Positions 7,149 through 15,826 of a DNA stretch of 25,236 nucleotides are shown piece by piece (position 1 is the first letter of the stretch; every line of letters begins with the position of its first letter). The position numbers were made by a program, and so were the translations under genes. Source of the stretch: a virus (taxonomy: Duplodnaviria > Caudoviricetes); IMG/VR virus record IMGVR_UViG_3300025674_000356, positions 1 through 25,236 of that record. One strand, written 5' to 3'. The notes beneath the pieces were generated by a model that saw only the letters and a list, made by a program, of their open reading frames with translations, was not told where the DNA came from and ran no database searches.

Positions 7149-10100
7149 CGGACTCGCTTTCTGCTGGTAGGGGTAACGGTAACGCTGAGCGACTCTAGCG
7201 CCCATGCGTTGTTAGAACCTGAGCGCAAGCGGATCCAGCACGCAGGGCCCACCCACCGCTCAGAGCTAATCGGGTTGCGCCCCGGCACCCACCGCCCGGA
7301 GCCCACCACCTGAGCAGACTCAGCGTCTTCGCCAGTCAGGATCTCCCACGTCACGCCGCCCAGCTCTGTGCCCAGGACAGATGTCAGCTGGTGGAACCGG
7401 GCCTCAACCTCTGCGGCTTCAGGCGCAAGGGGGCCAATCAGCACCTGACTGTCGATGGACACGCCGTCGTCAGTCTCTGAATTAGGGTCAACGTAACGCA
7501 CGCGGCCATCGCGACAGCCCAGCAGTACGCGCCGGTCATCAGGCTGATCACCGTCGGCAAGCAGCACGGAGCGAATCCCAGTAGCACTGTCCTGCCACGA
7601 GTCTTCCCACCAGCTGCCGTGCTTGGCGTCGAAGAACCACGACTTCGGGAGCGAGTCAGACGCCAAGTCATAGGGCACCGGGATGACGTGCAGGCCCTCG
7701 TCGTAGTAGTTCCACACCATCTCGATGCGGTACTCGTCTAGCGCCAGCGCCTGCATCCGGCGCTCAATACTGGAGATGGTGATGCGCGTAGGCAGCCCGC
7801 CGGGGGGCATGGCCCACACTCCGCCCCGACTGCCGAAGAAGAACACCGTGCCGTCGGGGTCCTTGCAGTAAGGGCTGAGGAACGCGATGCCGGTGGAGTC
7901 AGACACGAGGTCTAGCTGCGCACCCTGCATGGGATCGCCGGTCATGCGCAGGATCGAGCGGTCGCCGCCAATGATCAGCAGGTCATCAGACCAGGGGATC
8001 AGGCAGTTGATCACGTCAGGGGCTTCGCCCACGCGGCCCTTGCTGATGTTGCCGGACACCGGCTGCTGAGCGTCCACAACCGACGGGGTCTCGTCCCAGT
8101 CAAACGGGTCACCCGACCGGCTCATGTACCAGTTGGTGTCGTCGCCAGGAATCCTCGCCACAACGAGGCGGTTGCGCCATGACGCAATAAGGCGGAACCG
8201 CTTGGGGGGCACTGAACGGGTGTCTGACGTAAACGCCTTGACCTCGTCGTCGTCTACGTCGTAGTAGTGCGCCGTCAAGCCATCAGTCATGAAGACCTTG
8301 CGGCCCAGCACTGCGCTTTGAATGTACGGAGTGTCTGCACTGAACAGCGACGAGCCGCCCGTGACCGCCGTGACGCTGCCATTGCGGTTGAACTTGTAGA
8401 GCGAGCCGCTGCTTACGCCCAGGTACACGGCCTCACGCGAGGCCAAGGCCGTGAGATCCTCAGTGATCTCTAGCACGCGCAGCTTCTGTAGACTCAGGTC
8501 GTCATCTGCGTTGGTCTCGTGCGACGCATACACGAACTCAGGGCCGTCTACCGTGGCATTGTTGCCGTACGACAGCGGGTTGCCCAGCGGGATCACGCCA
8601 GTCCCCACCTCGTCACCAGCAAACAGGTAGCGCCACTGCACTGTGCCGGTCGTGGCCCTGCGGCGCACGATAGTGTTAGACCACTTGTAGGTGCGCTCAG
8701 GGTGATACAGGTTGCCGTCGTCGTCCGACTTGATCTCTACCCCTGAGCCGTAGCCAGGGTTCATGTTGTCGAACTGATCGACGTTCCGCGCCTTCCACCC
8801 GTCGCCGTCGTTCGCCCCACCGGAGAAGGCTGCATCTCCGGCCAGCTTGCCAGCTGTCGAGTAGGTAATCGTGGTGTTCTTTGCGGAGCCCAGAACCGCC
8901 TGCAGCAGCTCAACCCGGTGCGGGTCACTGCGGCAGTCCGCGTGGAACGCATTGATCAACAAAGCAGACGCATTGACCGCGTCCACGAAGTTGTCGGCAA
9001 TCAACTTGGACACGCTGCTGTAGTCAGTGCCTGTGACGTTCGTGTCCACCTTGGTGTTACCGCCAGATGCAGCTCCGTTAGTGAACTCAAACACCACCGT
9101 CGTCAGGCCGTCATCAAGCGTGATGGTCTCCCCGTTAGGCGGGGTAGCCTCAATCGTGACGTATGCGCGAGCACAGCGACCATGGTTGAAGCGGTTGCCA
9201 ACGATCTCAATACGTCGGTACGCGATGTCGCGCTCAACAGCCAGGGTGTCATAGATGTGCTCGTCACGGTCTCCCGCAGTAAACGCATCACCCTCAGGGC
9301 CCCACCCTGACGCCACGCCCGTGCCGCCACCACGCGCAATGTCCAGCAGCTCACCACCGGCAGTCCACAGCGTGTTGCAGGCAGTGAAGTTGTACAGAAA
9401 GGACTTTTGGTCGTTGGTGCGGTTAGGCCCAAGCGGCATGAATCCAGGCCCCCCGAACGGGTGCGACTGGTAGTAGCCGTTACTGTCTTTGGTCGGGCCG
9501 TTGGTGGACCCTGTAGTGTCGCGAGGAAAGGCGTGCGCCATCCCGTACTTGTGGGCAAGGTAGCCCTCGATGCGCTCGATCTCCGTCGCATAGCCAGCGT
9601 CAGCTCGTGCTGTGTGGGAAGCCACGCTGCCGCTGACTGCATAGCCCTCCTCCACTGTGCCACCTGCGCCCTCGTTGCCGTACGGGCAGGAGATGTCGAG
9701 GTCGTTGATGCTGCCAGAGGTGGTGCCGGAGCTAGGGCCCAGCACCGTGATCATCTCGAAGAACGCGCCAGAGAAGCTGCTGTACCCACCAAACAGGTCG
9801 TTGTACACCTCGTTGGCAGCGTCCTGAGACAGAGAGGCCCTGCGGCAGCCCATGACAAACTTGTTGCCAGAGCCAAACTTGTCGAGCAGGAACTCGAAGC
9901 TGTCTACCTGACGGCCATTGATCCGAATGACAGAGGTTGCCCGACCGTCGCTAGCAACGGGCGACCCGCCGTTGTAGTGCTCGCCGCTGTTGTTCTTGAC
10001 GATGGTCACGATGGCAAACTTGCCAGATGTCACGGACACCTGCTCGTTGTAGTTCACCAGTGACGGCTGAGTAGTGGCGCTGGGGGAAGGCCAGTCACCG

Positions 10101-12067
10101 CTAGCGACTTCGCCATTTAGGAAACTGCCGACCGGGCCAACGCCCGCAGTAGGGTCATACGGCCCTACGTCCAGCCATAGAGAAGCTCGCTTTGTCGTGA
10201 ACCCGCCGACGTTGTACTTGCCACCGGACGTGTTGTACACGAACCCCAGAGGGCACCCCTGCTGAGCCCCTGCAGTGCCAGAGACATCAGTCGCCATTGA
10301 CCAGATCACGCGAGACAGCAGGTCTGCGTCGGCAATATCCGGCTCAATGTCAGCCAGCTTGATCGCCATTACGACGGCAAACCGACTCTTCTCGTAGTTC
10401 GGGATAGGCGTCTGGTCTGCAATGGTGTCTTCAAGCGACGACTTCCAGCCAACGCCTGAAGAGTTGGTGCCGTTGCTGGTCAAAACACGCCCAGTTACGC
10501 CAGTAGCGGAGGCGCCGCTCTGTCCGAAAAACCTGATTTGCGGCAGACCGAGATCGTCGCGGTAGTCCGGCGGTTCTCGCCTAGAACCAGCCGGATCGGC
10601 AATCAGCGTGCGCTCAGTAGTATCAAACACCGCTGCGTATCCGTCGGGCGGACTAAGGCGGTGGTCAGGGATAACCTGTACCCTGTCGCGGTTAACGCAC
10701 GGAGTACCCTCATCGTCCGCCTCTGCGTCCTCAGCCCTCACCCAGAAGTACAGACGACTCTGGTAGTCATCGAGGTCCCACGGCGTCCAAAGGTCAGGGT
10801 AAGCCGATTGCCCTGAGTAGTTCTTGTTTACCTCCGCACGCCCGCGAAACTCGTTCTTAGGGTGCGACAGCAGCAGCTGCCCGGATGTCGGGCTGATCTG
10901 CATCGAGTAGGTGGGAGTCGGGCACTCCGACTGAAACGCAACGAAGGGCGACCCCAGCGTTAGGCCTGCATACCCCGTCAGATACCCCATGACAGTGGCG
11001 TCCTCAACCTCCAGCATGTCGGTGACGACGTACAGCAGGCCAGCGTTCTCGTGTAGCTCCTGAACAGACCCATCAACGTCGAGAGTCCACTTCTCTTCGT
11101 AGCGGTCCAGGAACCTGACGTAGCGCCACACGCGGCTGGTCGTGCCGTCATCCGCCTTCGACGCCAGATACACTGACTCGTCGTCACCGAGGCCGATGCG
11201 CGGCACCATTGTGTGACCAAGCGGAACTGGCGGAGACACGCTGTCAACCTTTGCGCCATCGGGGTTGTACAGCACAGCTTGGTTGGCGTCGGTCACCGCC
11301 CAGACGTTCTTGTCTGAGTCAGTGGCGATGTAGTTGGTCTGAGTAGACGTGCCCGGCGCACGCTCCCACTCAGTTGTCAGGTTAGTCGCCGTGGTCGTCG
11401 CGCCACCGGACATGCCTGTCACAACGAAGTCGCTGCCGCTGACCTCGTTGACCGTGATCGCTACGTTTCCAGCCGCGCCAGCGTCGGTGTTGGTGTTCTG
11501 AAGCTGCAGCAGGCTGTCATTGTTCTCATCGACAACTGCGCCAATGAAGAAGTCCGCCCCGGACACAGCCACCTGCAGGCCCGCGATAGTGATCGCCGTG
11601 TCGTTCTGGTCTGCCTGAAATCCGATGTAGCTAGGGTCCGACGTGGGCGGGGGCACTTGGTTGTCCGGGGGGATAACCGTTGCCTCAAACGTGTACGACG
11701 TAGTGCCATCCGAAATGGTCAACTGGTCTCCGACGTTGAACCCAGATTCGTCTGACACGCGAGCCGTGACGTTGCCTGTCAGCTCGATAGAGCCAGTGGC
11801 CGACGACTGAGTAGCAGGCGCAGATCCAAGGCTGCTAAACGTGAAGGGCGTCTGCGGCTTCATGGTCTGCGCCATGGCTTGCACCGGCCCCGTATCCAGC
11901 TGACTGCTGACGAATCGAGTGGTCCCCGAACGCTGGCCGCCACGACTGCGACCCGTAGACGGGTCGATAGTACGCACGTTCAGCGCCTCCGACGTAGTCA
12001 TCGGAGGCTGGTCGCTAAACGCTGTGTCGTCGGACAGACCCTTCTTGGGAAACTCGATGCGCCCCAT
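7145..12067 (-). CDS. Tail nozzle / tail tubular B-like (P22 gp10/T7 gp12-type) beta-propeller protein with about 1100 aa of inserted domains
   Basis: N-terminus FPKKGLSDD...ALNVR...RSG and C-terminal propeller IASWRNRLVVA...WYMSRSGDPFDW...LIPWSDDLLIIGGDRSI...GTVFFFGSRGGVW fit nozzle proteins. Directly follows the adaptor gene. Inserts include a LamG-like domain ending IEGYLAHKYG. Confidence 0.7.
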   Translation of the reverse strand: MGRIEFPKKGLSDDTAFSDQPPMTTSEALNVRTIDPSTGRSRGGQRSGTTRFVSSQLDTGPVQAMAQTMKPQTPFTFSSLGSAPATQSSATGSIELTGNVTARVSDESGFNVGDQLTISDGTTSYTFEATVIPPDNQVPPPTSDPSYIGFQADQNDTAITIAGLQVAVSGADFFIGAVVDENNDSLLQLQNTNTDAGAAGNVAITVNEVSGSDFVVTGMSGGATTTATNLTTEWERAPGTSTQTNYIATDSDKNVWAVTDANQAVLYNPDGAKVDSVSPPVPLGHTMVPRIGLGDDESVYLASKADDGTTSRVWRYVRFLDRYEEKWTLDVDGSVQELHENAGLLYVVTDMLEVEDATVMGYLTGYAGLTLGSPFVAFQSECPTPTYSMQISPTSGQLLLSHPKNEFRGRAEVNKNYSGQSAYPDLWTPWDLDDYQSRLYFWVRAEDAEADDEGTPCVNRDRVQVIPDHRLSPPDGYAAVFDTTERTLIADPAGSRREPPDYRDDLGLPQIRFFGQSGASATGVTGRVLTSNGTNSSGVGWKSSLEDTIADQTPIPNYEKSRFAVVMAIKLADIEPDIADADLLSRVIWSMATDVSGTAGAQQGCPLGFVYNTSGGKYNVGGFTTKRASLWLDVGPYDPTAGVGPVGSFLNGEVASGDWPSPSATTQPSLVNYNEQVSVTSGKFAIVTIVKNNSGEHYNGGSPVASDGRATSVIRINGRQVDSFEFLLDKFGSGNKFVMGCRRASLSQDAANEVYNDLFGGYSSFSGAFFEMITVLGPSSGTTSGSINDLDISCPYGNEGAGGTVEEGYAVSGSVASHTARADAGYATEIERIEGYLAHKYGMAHAFPRDTTGSTNGPTKDSNGYYQSHPFGGPGFMPLGPNRTNDQKSFLYNFTACNTLWTAGGELLDIARGGGTGVASGWGPEGDAFTAGDRDEHIYDTLAVERDIAYRRIEIVGNRFNHGRCARAYVTIEATPPNGETITLDDGLTTVVFEFTNGAASGGNTKVDTNVTGTDYSSVSKLIADNFVDAVNASALLINAFHADCRSDPHRVELLQAVLGSAKNTTITYSTAGKLAGDAAFSGGANDGDGWKARNVDQFDNMNPGYGSGVEIKSDDDGNLYHPERTYKWSNTIVRRRATTGTVQWRYLFAGDEVGTGVIPLGNPLSYGNNATVDGPEFVYASHETNADDDLSLQKLRVLEITEDLTALASREAVYLGVSSGSLYKFNRNGSVTAVTGGSSLFSADTPYIQSAVLGRKVFMTDGLTAHYYDVDDDEVKAFTSDTRSVPPKRFRLIASWRNRLVVARIPGDDTNWYMSRSGDPFDWDETPSVVDAQQPVSGNISKGRVGEAPDVINCLIPWSDDLLIIGGDRSILRMTGDPMQGAQLDLVSDSTGIAFLSPYCKDPDGTVFFFGSRGGVWAMPPGGLPTRITISSIERRMQALALDEYRIEMVWNYYDEGLHVIPVPYDLASDSLPKSWFFDAKHGSWWEDSWQDSATGIRSVLLADGDQPDDRRVLLGCRDGRVRYVDPNSETDDGVSIDSQVLIGPLAPEAAEVEARFHQLTSVLGTELGGVTWEILTGEDAESAQVVGSGRWVPGRNPISSERWVGPACWIRLRSGSNNAWALESLSVTVTPTSRKRVR

Positions 12068-12819
12068 TAGCTCGGACCCTCTACATAGCCGAAGTCATCA
12101 GGCCAGTAGTTGTTCACCCAGTTGCGTGTAGTGTGGGTGTTCGTCATAGGCCCGTAGTCGCTCTGCGTGCGAGCGTCCATGTTCTTGGCTGACAGGAACA
12201 GGTCACTGTTGCGCAGCCCCTGCAGCCGCGCCGACACGCTGCCTGCGTCTTCCTCCATGCGGCCCCGCGCAATGTGCTGCAGCACCTCCAGGTACAGCGT
12301 CACGCAGTAGCCCGGCACAACCAGGAAGTCCGACGCCTCGCCCACATACTGCCAGCGAGCGGTGTAGATCACCGTAAACACATCTGCCTGCGTAGACGTA
12401 GGCGTCGGGTACAGCAGCAGGCGCGGCTGCGGCTCACCGCCCTCCGGCGGCGTCGCGTAGTTGACTGCGCCGAAAAAGTGCAGCGTGCTGATGGCGGGCG
12501 ACGACGTGCGGTACGCCAGCAAGTCCCTCAGCGACACTAGCTCAAGGTGGCTCGTCAAGCTGCTGGTGTGCTCCTGAGCAAGGTTGCCACCGTAGTCAGA
12601 CGGCAGGGACACATAGTCCTGCCCCTCTGTCGTGCTCAGCTTGACAATGCGGCTGGTACACCATGCCCATTCGTACGAGGAGACCAGCCATTCGCCTGCC
12701 TCGTTGACTAGACCCAGCGGATCGACGTGAGTCGGAAACGCCCCGCCGTTGCCGACGGTCGTGAAACGCGCATGGTCAATCGCCTGCTGCGCCGTAAGTC
12801 CTCTGGGATAATCGGTCAT
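12067..12819 (-). CDS. Head-tail adaptor (P22 gp4/T7 gp11-like)
   Basis: LVNEAGEWL...YEWAW...TTEGQDYVSLPSDY...LLLYPTPTS...FTVIY pattern typical of phage adaptors. Sits between capsid genes and nozzle. TAATG overlap. Confidence 0.7.
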   Translation of the reverse strand: MTDYPRGLTAQQAIDHARFTTVGNGGAFPTHVDPLGLVNEAGEWLVSSYEWAWCTSRIVKLSTTEGQDYVSLPSDYGGNLAQEHTSSLTSHLELVSLRDLLAYRTSSPAISTLHFFGAVNYATPPEGGEPQPRLLLYPTPTSTQADVFTVIYTARWQYVGEASDFLVVPGYCVTLYLEVLQHIARGRMEEDAGSVSARLQGLRNSDLFLSAKNMDARTQSDYGPMTNTHTTRNWVNNYWPDDFGYVEGPS

Positions 12820-12834
12820 GGTTGTATGGGGTAG

Positions 12835-12858
12835 GGGCGGGGCCCGAAGACCCCGCCC
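12835..12858 (-). terminator. Stable cUUCGg stem-loop (terminator-like or mRNA-stabilising) after the capsid/decoration genes
   Basis: Minus strand GGGCGGGGTC-TTCG-GGCCCCGCCC: 10-bp stem with one G-U pair, in the widest intergenic gap of the module. No U-tract follows. Confidence 0.65.
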
Positions 12859-12864
12859 GCTTGA

Positions 12865-13365
12865 TCAGGTGGCGTCAGGGCCGAAGCCATGAATGCCGTC
12901 GAAAAGGCAGACAACGGAGGTTCCACTGTCAGCGCTTTCGGCAATGCCGATGATCTTCTGAAGGCCTGAGCCGCTAGCCGTGTCGGCCACCTGCCCAGAA
13001 GCTCCAGCCGTTGCGACCAGTTTGTCGTTCGCAGCAACGCCGCCGTCAGTGTTGACGGTCAGGCGTCCCCAGAACTTCATGGTCACGATGGTTCCGTCGG
13101 TTCCGTCGCCAGCATCGGTCACGACACCGAACAGCCCACTGTCAATGTTGGCAGCAGTCGGGGTCTTTGCCTGGGCGTACCGCGAGTTGTCGCCGCCAGG
13201 GGCAGCGTCGTACGAAGTATCGCCAGGATCGACAACCAGGATGTCGCCAACAGCAACAGCCCCAGGGCCGCTGACATCACGGAAGAAGAAACGAAGGTCG
13301 CCGCAGTCACCAAAGTGAAGGCCCATGCCCGGGCCGCCCACGGGTGCGATAAGGGGGAATCCCAT
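12865..13365 (-). CDS. Capsid decoration/cement protein
   Basis: 166 aa, G/A/D/T-rich beta protein (GVVTDAG...GRLTVNTDGGVAANDKLVA...KIIGIAESA) directly after the major capsid gene, with a strong AGGAGG RBS. Confidence 0.65.
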   Translation of the reverse strand: MGFPLIAPVGGPGMGLHFGDCGDLRFFFRDVSGPGAVAVGDILVVDPGDTSYDAAPGGDNSRYAQAKTPTAANIDSGLFGVVTDAGDGTDGTIVTMKFWGRLTVNTDGGVAANDKLVATAGASGQVADTASGSGLQKIIGIAESADSGTSVVCLFDGIHGFGPDAT

Positions 13366-13373
13366 TCTAGTAG

Positions 13374-13379
13374 CCTCCT
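13374..13379 (-). promoter_or_regulatory. Shine-Dalgarno site of the decoration gene
   Basis: AGGAGG 8 nt upstream of the ATG at 13365. Confidence 0.7.
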
Positions 13380-13382
13380 AGA

Positions 13383-14519
13383 TCAGGTGTTGGGGAAGAC
13401 GATGCCATGCCGCTGAAGCGACGTGGTGACGTAGTTGTGCCAGCAGTCAACGACCTGGACGTGCGTCGAGGGCTGGTTCGGGTGGACACGCACCGGGTGC
13501 TTGTACATGTACCGGCGGGTGTGGAAGACGGGCTTCCAGTACTTCCGGTTGATCCAGAAGTAACGGGGGCCGTCCGGGCCAGCAGCGGTGGACTCATCCA
13601 CAAAGGTGCCGCTGTTGTCGATGTAGGTCGCCGTGTCCAGCTGCGAAGCGTAGACAAGGGGAATGTCCGCATACATGGGCTTGCCGTAGTGCGGGTCTTG
13701 GCGACCAGCGGAAACCCAGGTGTCGTTGCCGTAGCGCAGGGCCTCTTTGTAGTAGTTGAGGCCCAGCTTCGAGCAGACGATCATGGTGGCGTTCGAGCGC
13801 GGCTCCGACTGGCTCTCGTACCCGGGAAGGGTGTCGAAAGAGTGGTCGAGGTACATGTTGTCGAACGCAGTGATGATCGGGTTGTTGGGGGTATCAGTCA
13901 GAGCACTGCCGTACGCCCAACCCTCTTGTTGCGGCACCCACTTGGTGTAAGTGGTCGGGTCAAGACCTTGCTTGGTCGTGACGCCGGTCGTCAGGCCGCT
14001 AGTCTCCTCGTTGATCATGAACGGAATCGAGTACGGCTTCTTGCCGGACGCGGCTTCCATCTGAGCGTTGTTGGGAGCCGCAAACAGCTCAGCCTCCAGA
14101 CCGTTGATCATGGAGGTCACCAGACGGCGCTCCTTGACAGCCTTGATCTCCTTGTAGATCCGGCCACGCGCTTGCCTAGTCAGACCTGCAGGGACCTGAA
14201 GCTCGATCTCCTGGTCAGTGAAAGACATGTGGTCGAGGCCGAAGCGCCAGTTGATCGACCAGGAGTCGAGCACTTGCGGGTTCTGCCAAACGAACACCTC
14301 GTTGGGAGACACCTGATTGTAGGTGTTCTCCTCGTCAAACATGATCTGGTCCGTGATGGTCTTGCCGCCCTGCAACACCTCAGTGTTGGGCTTGCCCTTC
14401 ATCAGTTCACGGAACAGATAGCTGCGCTCCACGGCCTCGTTAACCAGATCGCCGGGGCCCGAAAGCACCGTCTGGTCAGTTGCGGTCATGAAGTCGCTGA
14501 AATCAGACAGACTGGTCAT
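13383..14519 (-). CDS. Major capsid protein (HK97 fold expected)
   Basis: 378 aa, follows portal and scaffold. GGKTITDQIMF E-loop-like segment and C-terminal NYVTTSLQRHGIV. Strong codon bias, seen as a long antisense shadow ORF. Confidence 0.8.
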   Translation of the reverse strand: MTSLSDFSDFMTATDQTVLSGPGDLVNEAVERSYLFRELMKGKPNTEVLQGGKTITDQIMFDEENTYNQVSPNEVFVWQNPQVLDSWSINWRFGLDHMSFTDQEIELQVPAGLTRQARGRIYKEIKAVKERRLVTSMINGLEAELFAAPNNAQMEAASGKKPYSIPFMINEETSGLTTGVTTKQGLDPTTYTKWVPQQEGWAYGSALTDTPNNPIITAFDNMYLDHSFDTLPGYESQSEPRSNATMIVCSKLGLNYYKEALRYGNDTWVSAGRQDPHYGKPMYADIPLVYASQLDTATYIDNSGTFVDESTAAGPDGPRYFWINRKYWKPVFHTRRYMYKHPVRVHPNQPSTHVQVVDCWHNYVTTSLQRHGIVFPNT

Positions 14520-14537
14520 GGTAGTTTGTCACCTGTG

Positions 14538-15518
14538 TTAGGACCCGTAGACCTCAGACCGGATCTGCTCCGGCGTCATGGTTCTCTGAGGGTCAAGGAT
14601 CCGTCGAAGTACCTCGTCTTCAGCATGCTCCTTAGGCATGGGGCCTGACGACCCCTTGCGGCCAGGACGAGAGGGCTGGCCGTTCCGCTTCGACTGCCGC
14701 GTTTTGGCAGGCCCAGCAGACCCTTCGGGAAGCTCAATCATGCAGGCATGCTGCATTAGGGTGACAACGTCTTCGTACTCGCCAGAGCTGGCAAGCACGC
14801 CCATTCGCTCGCGCACGCGAGTGAACGCTCCGTCGCTGCTCAAGTCAGGAAAGCGGTCCTGCAGCTGACGCCGTGCATCAGTCGTCGCCATGGTCAAGAA
14901 CATCTGCCGCAGCCCGTTGGTCGCCTCAGTGAGGCTGTCGATGCGGGGGTCCGCACCAGCGGTCGCAGCAATCTTGTCCAGGGCGTCGGCCACTGCCGCG
15001 CCTGCGTCGTCGCCAAGTTCGTCGGAGAGCACTCTGCGCAACTGCACTGCGTCGTACGCAGGAGCAGCAGGTGTTTGCACGCCGTCTTGGGTGACTTTCC
15101 CTTCCGGAGCTGACGCCGCACTAAGGCGACGACTGATCTGAATCGCGTCAGCGCGACTCAGCTGTAGGATGTCAGGCTGTTCCCAGCCCTGCTCTTTAAG
15201 AGCTAAGAACGCTTCCGCGTACGCTTCGGCGTCATTTTGGACGACATCTTCTTCTTCATCTTCATCTTCGGCGTCATCTTGGACGACGCCTTCTTCTTGC
15301 TCATCGACTTGCCGTACTTCATCTGAAGCTTCCTCTTGCTCTTCAGGGTCTGGTGAGAGGATGGAGTCCAGAATGGCGTCCATCTCCGACTCCGACTTTG
15401 CGCCGGAGTGCTCGCTGTCGTCTACGTCGGTCGCCTCTGCGCCACCGGAGACGTGATTCGGGATGCCACCGAGGTAGTCATCAACTGCGGTGTCTGCAGC
15501 TTGTGTGTCGTCGCTCAT
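14538..15518 (-). CDS. Capsid scaffolding protein
   Basis: Highly acidic N-terminus (EEQEEASDEVRQVDEQEEG...EDEDEEED), helical middle, basic C-terminal tail. Located immediately before the major capsid gene. Confidence 0.7.
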   Translation of the reverse strand: MSDDTQAADTAVDDYLGGIPNHVSGGAEATDVDDSEHSGAKSESEMDAILDSILSPDPEEQEEASDEVRQVDEQEEGVVQDDAEDEDEEEDVVQNDAEAYAEAFLALKEQGWEQPDILQLSRADAIQISRRLSAASAPEGKVTQDGVQTPAAPAYDAVQLRRVLSDELGDDAGAAVADALDKIAATAGADPRIDSLTEATNGLRQMFLTMATTDARRQLQDRFPDLSSDGAFTRVRERMGVLASSGEYEDVVTLMQHACMIELPEGSAGPAKTRQSKRNGQPSRPGRKGSSGPMPKEHAEDEVLRRILDPQRTMTPEQIRSEVYGS

Positions 15519-15826
15519 AGTTCGTCGTAATGCATGCCGGTCTTAGCCGCAAACTCTGCGGTCTCCCGGCGGTTGTGGAACACAGGCCTGCCCTTAGAGT
15601 CCCTGCGGGGGGCGGGGTCAGGACCATCGCCACGCCAGATGCGTGACAGCTGGTGGCTCACATGAGCCACGTCTCTGCGCACCATGGCACCCATGGGGAT
15701 GCTAGGCACGCGGCAAAGTGTGCGGTCGCCATGGCGCATGACAGCGCCTAGGGGGGCCACCTCAAGCGGGTGAATGTCTAGCTCGACGTACTCGCCGGTC
15801 TCAACATCCTCGAACTCGTAGATCAT
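15515..15826 (-). CDS. Small protein, FmdB/zinc-ribbon-like but lacking Cys (MIYEFEDVETGEYVE)
   Basis: ATGA overlaps at both ends. N-terminus parallels the YEYxCxxCG..FE pattern of FmdB-like proteins. Confidence 0.6.
   Translation of the reverse strand: MIYEFEDVETGEYVELDIHPLEVAPLGAVMRHGDRTLCRVPSIPMGAMVRRDVAHVSHQLSRIWRGDGPDPAPRRDSKGRPVFHNRRETAEFAAKTGMHYDEL

Noticed and set aside
13365-13385. Possible capsid-decoration readthrough or frameshift fusion
   Set aside because: The genes are out of frame, no slippery heptamer is evident, and the decoration gene has its own AGGAGG RBS.
13407-14648. 413-aa plus-strand ORF
   Set aside because: Antisense mirror of the codon-biased major capsid gene; no protein-like motifs.
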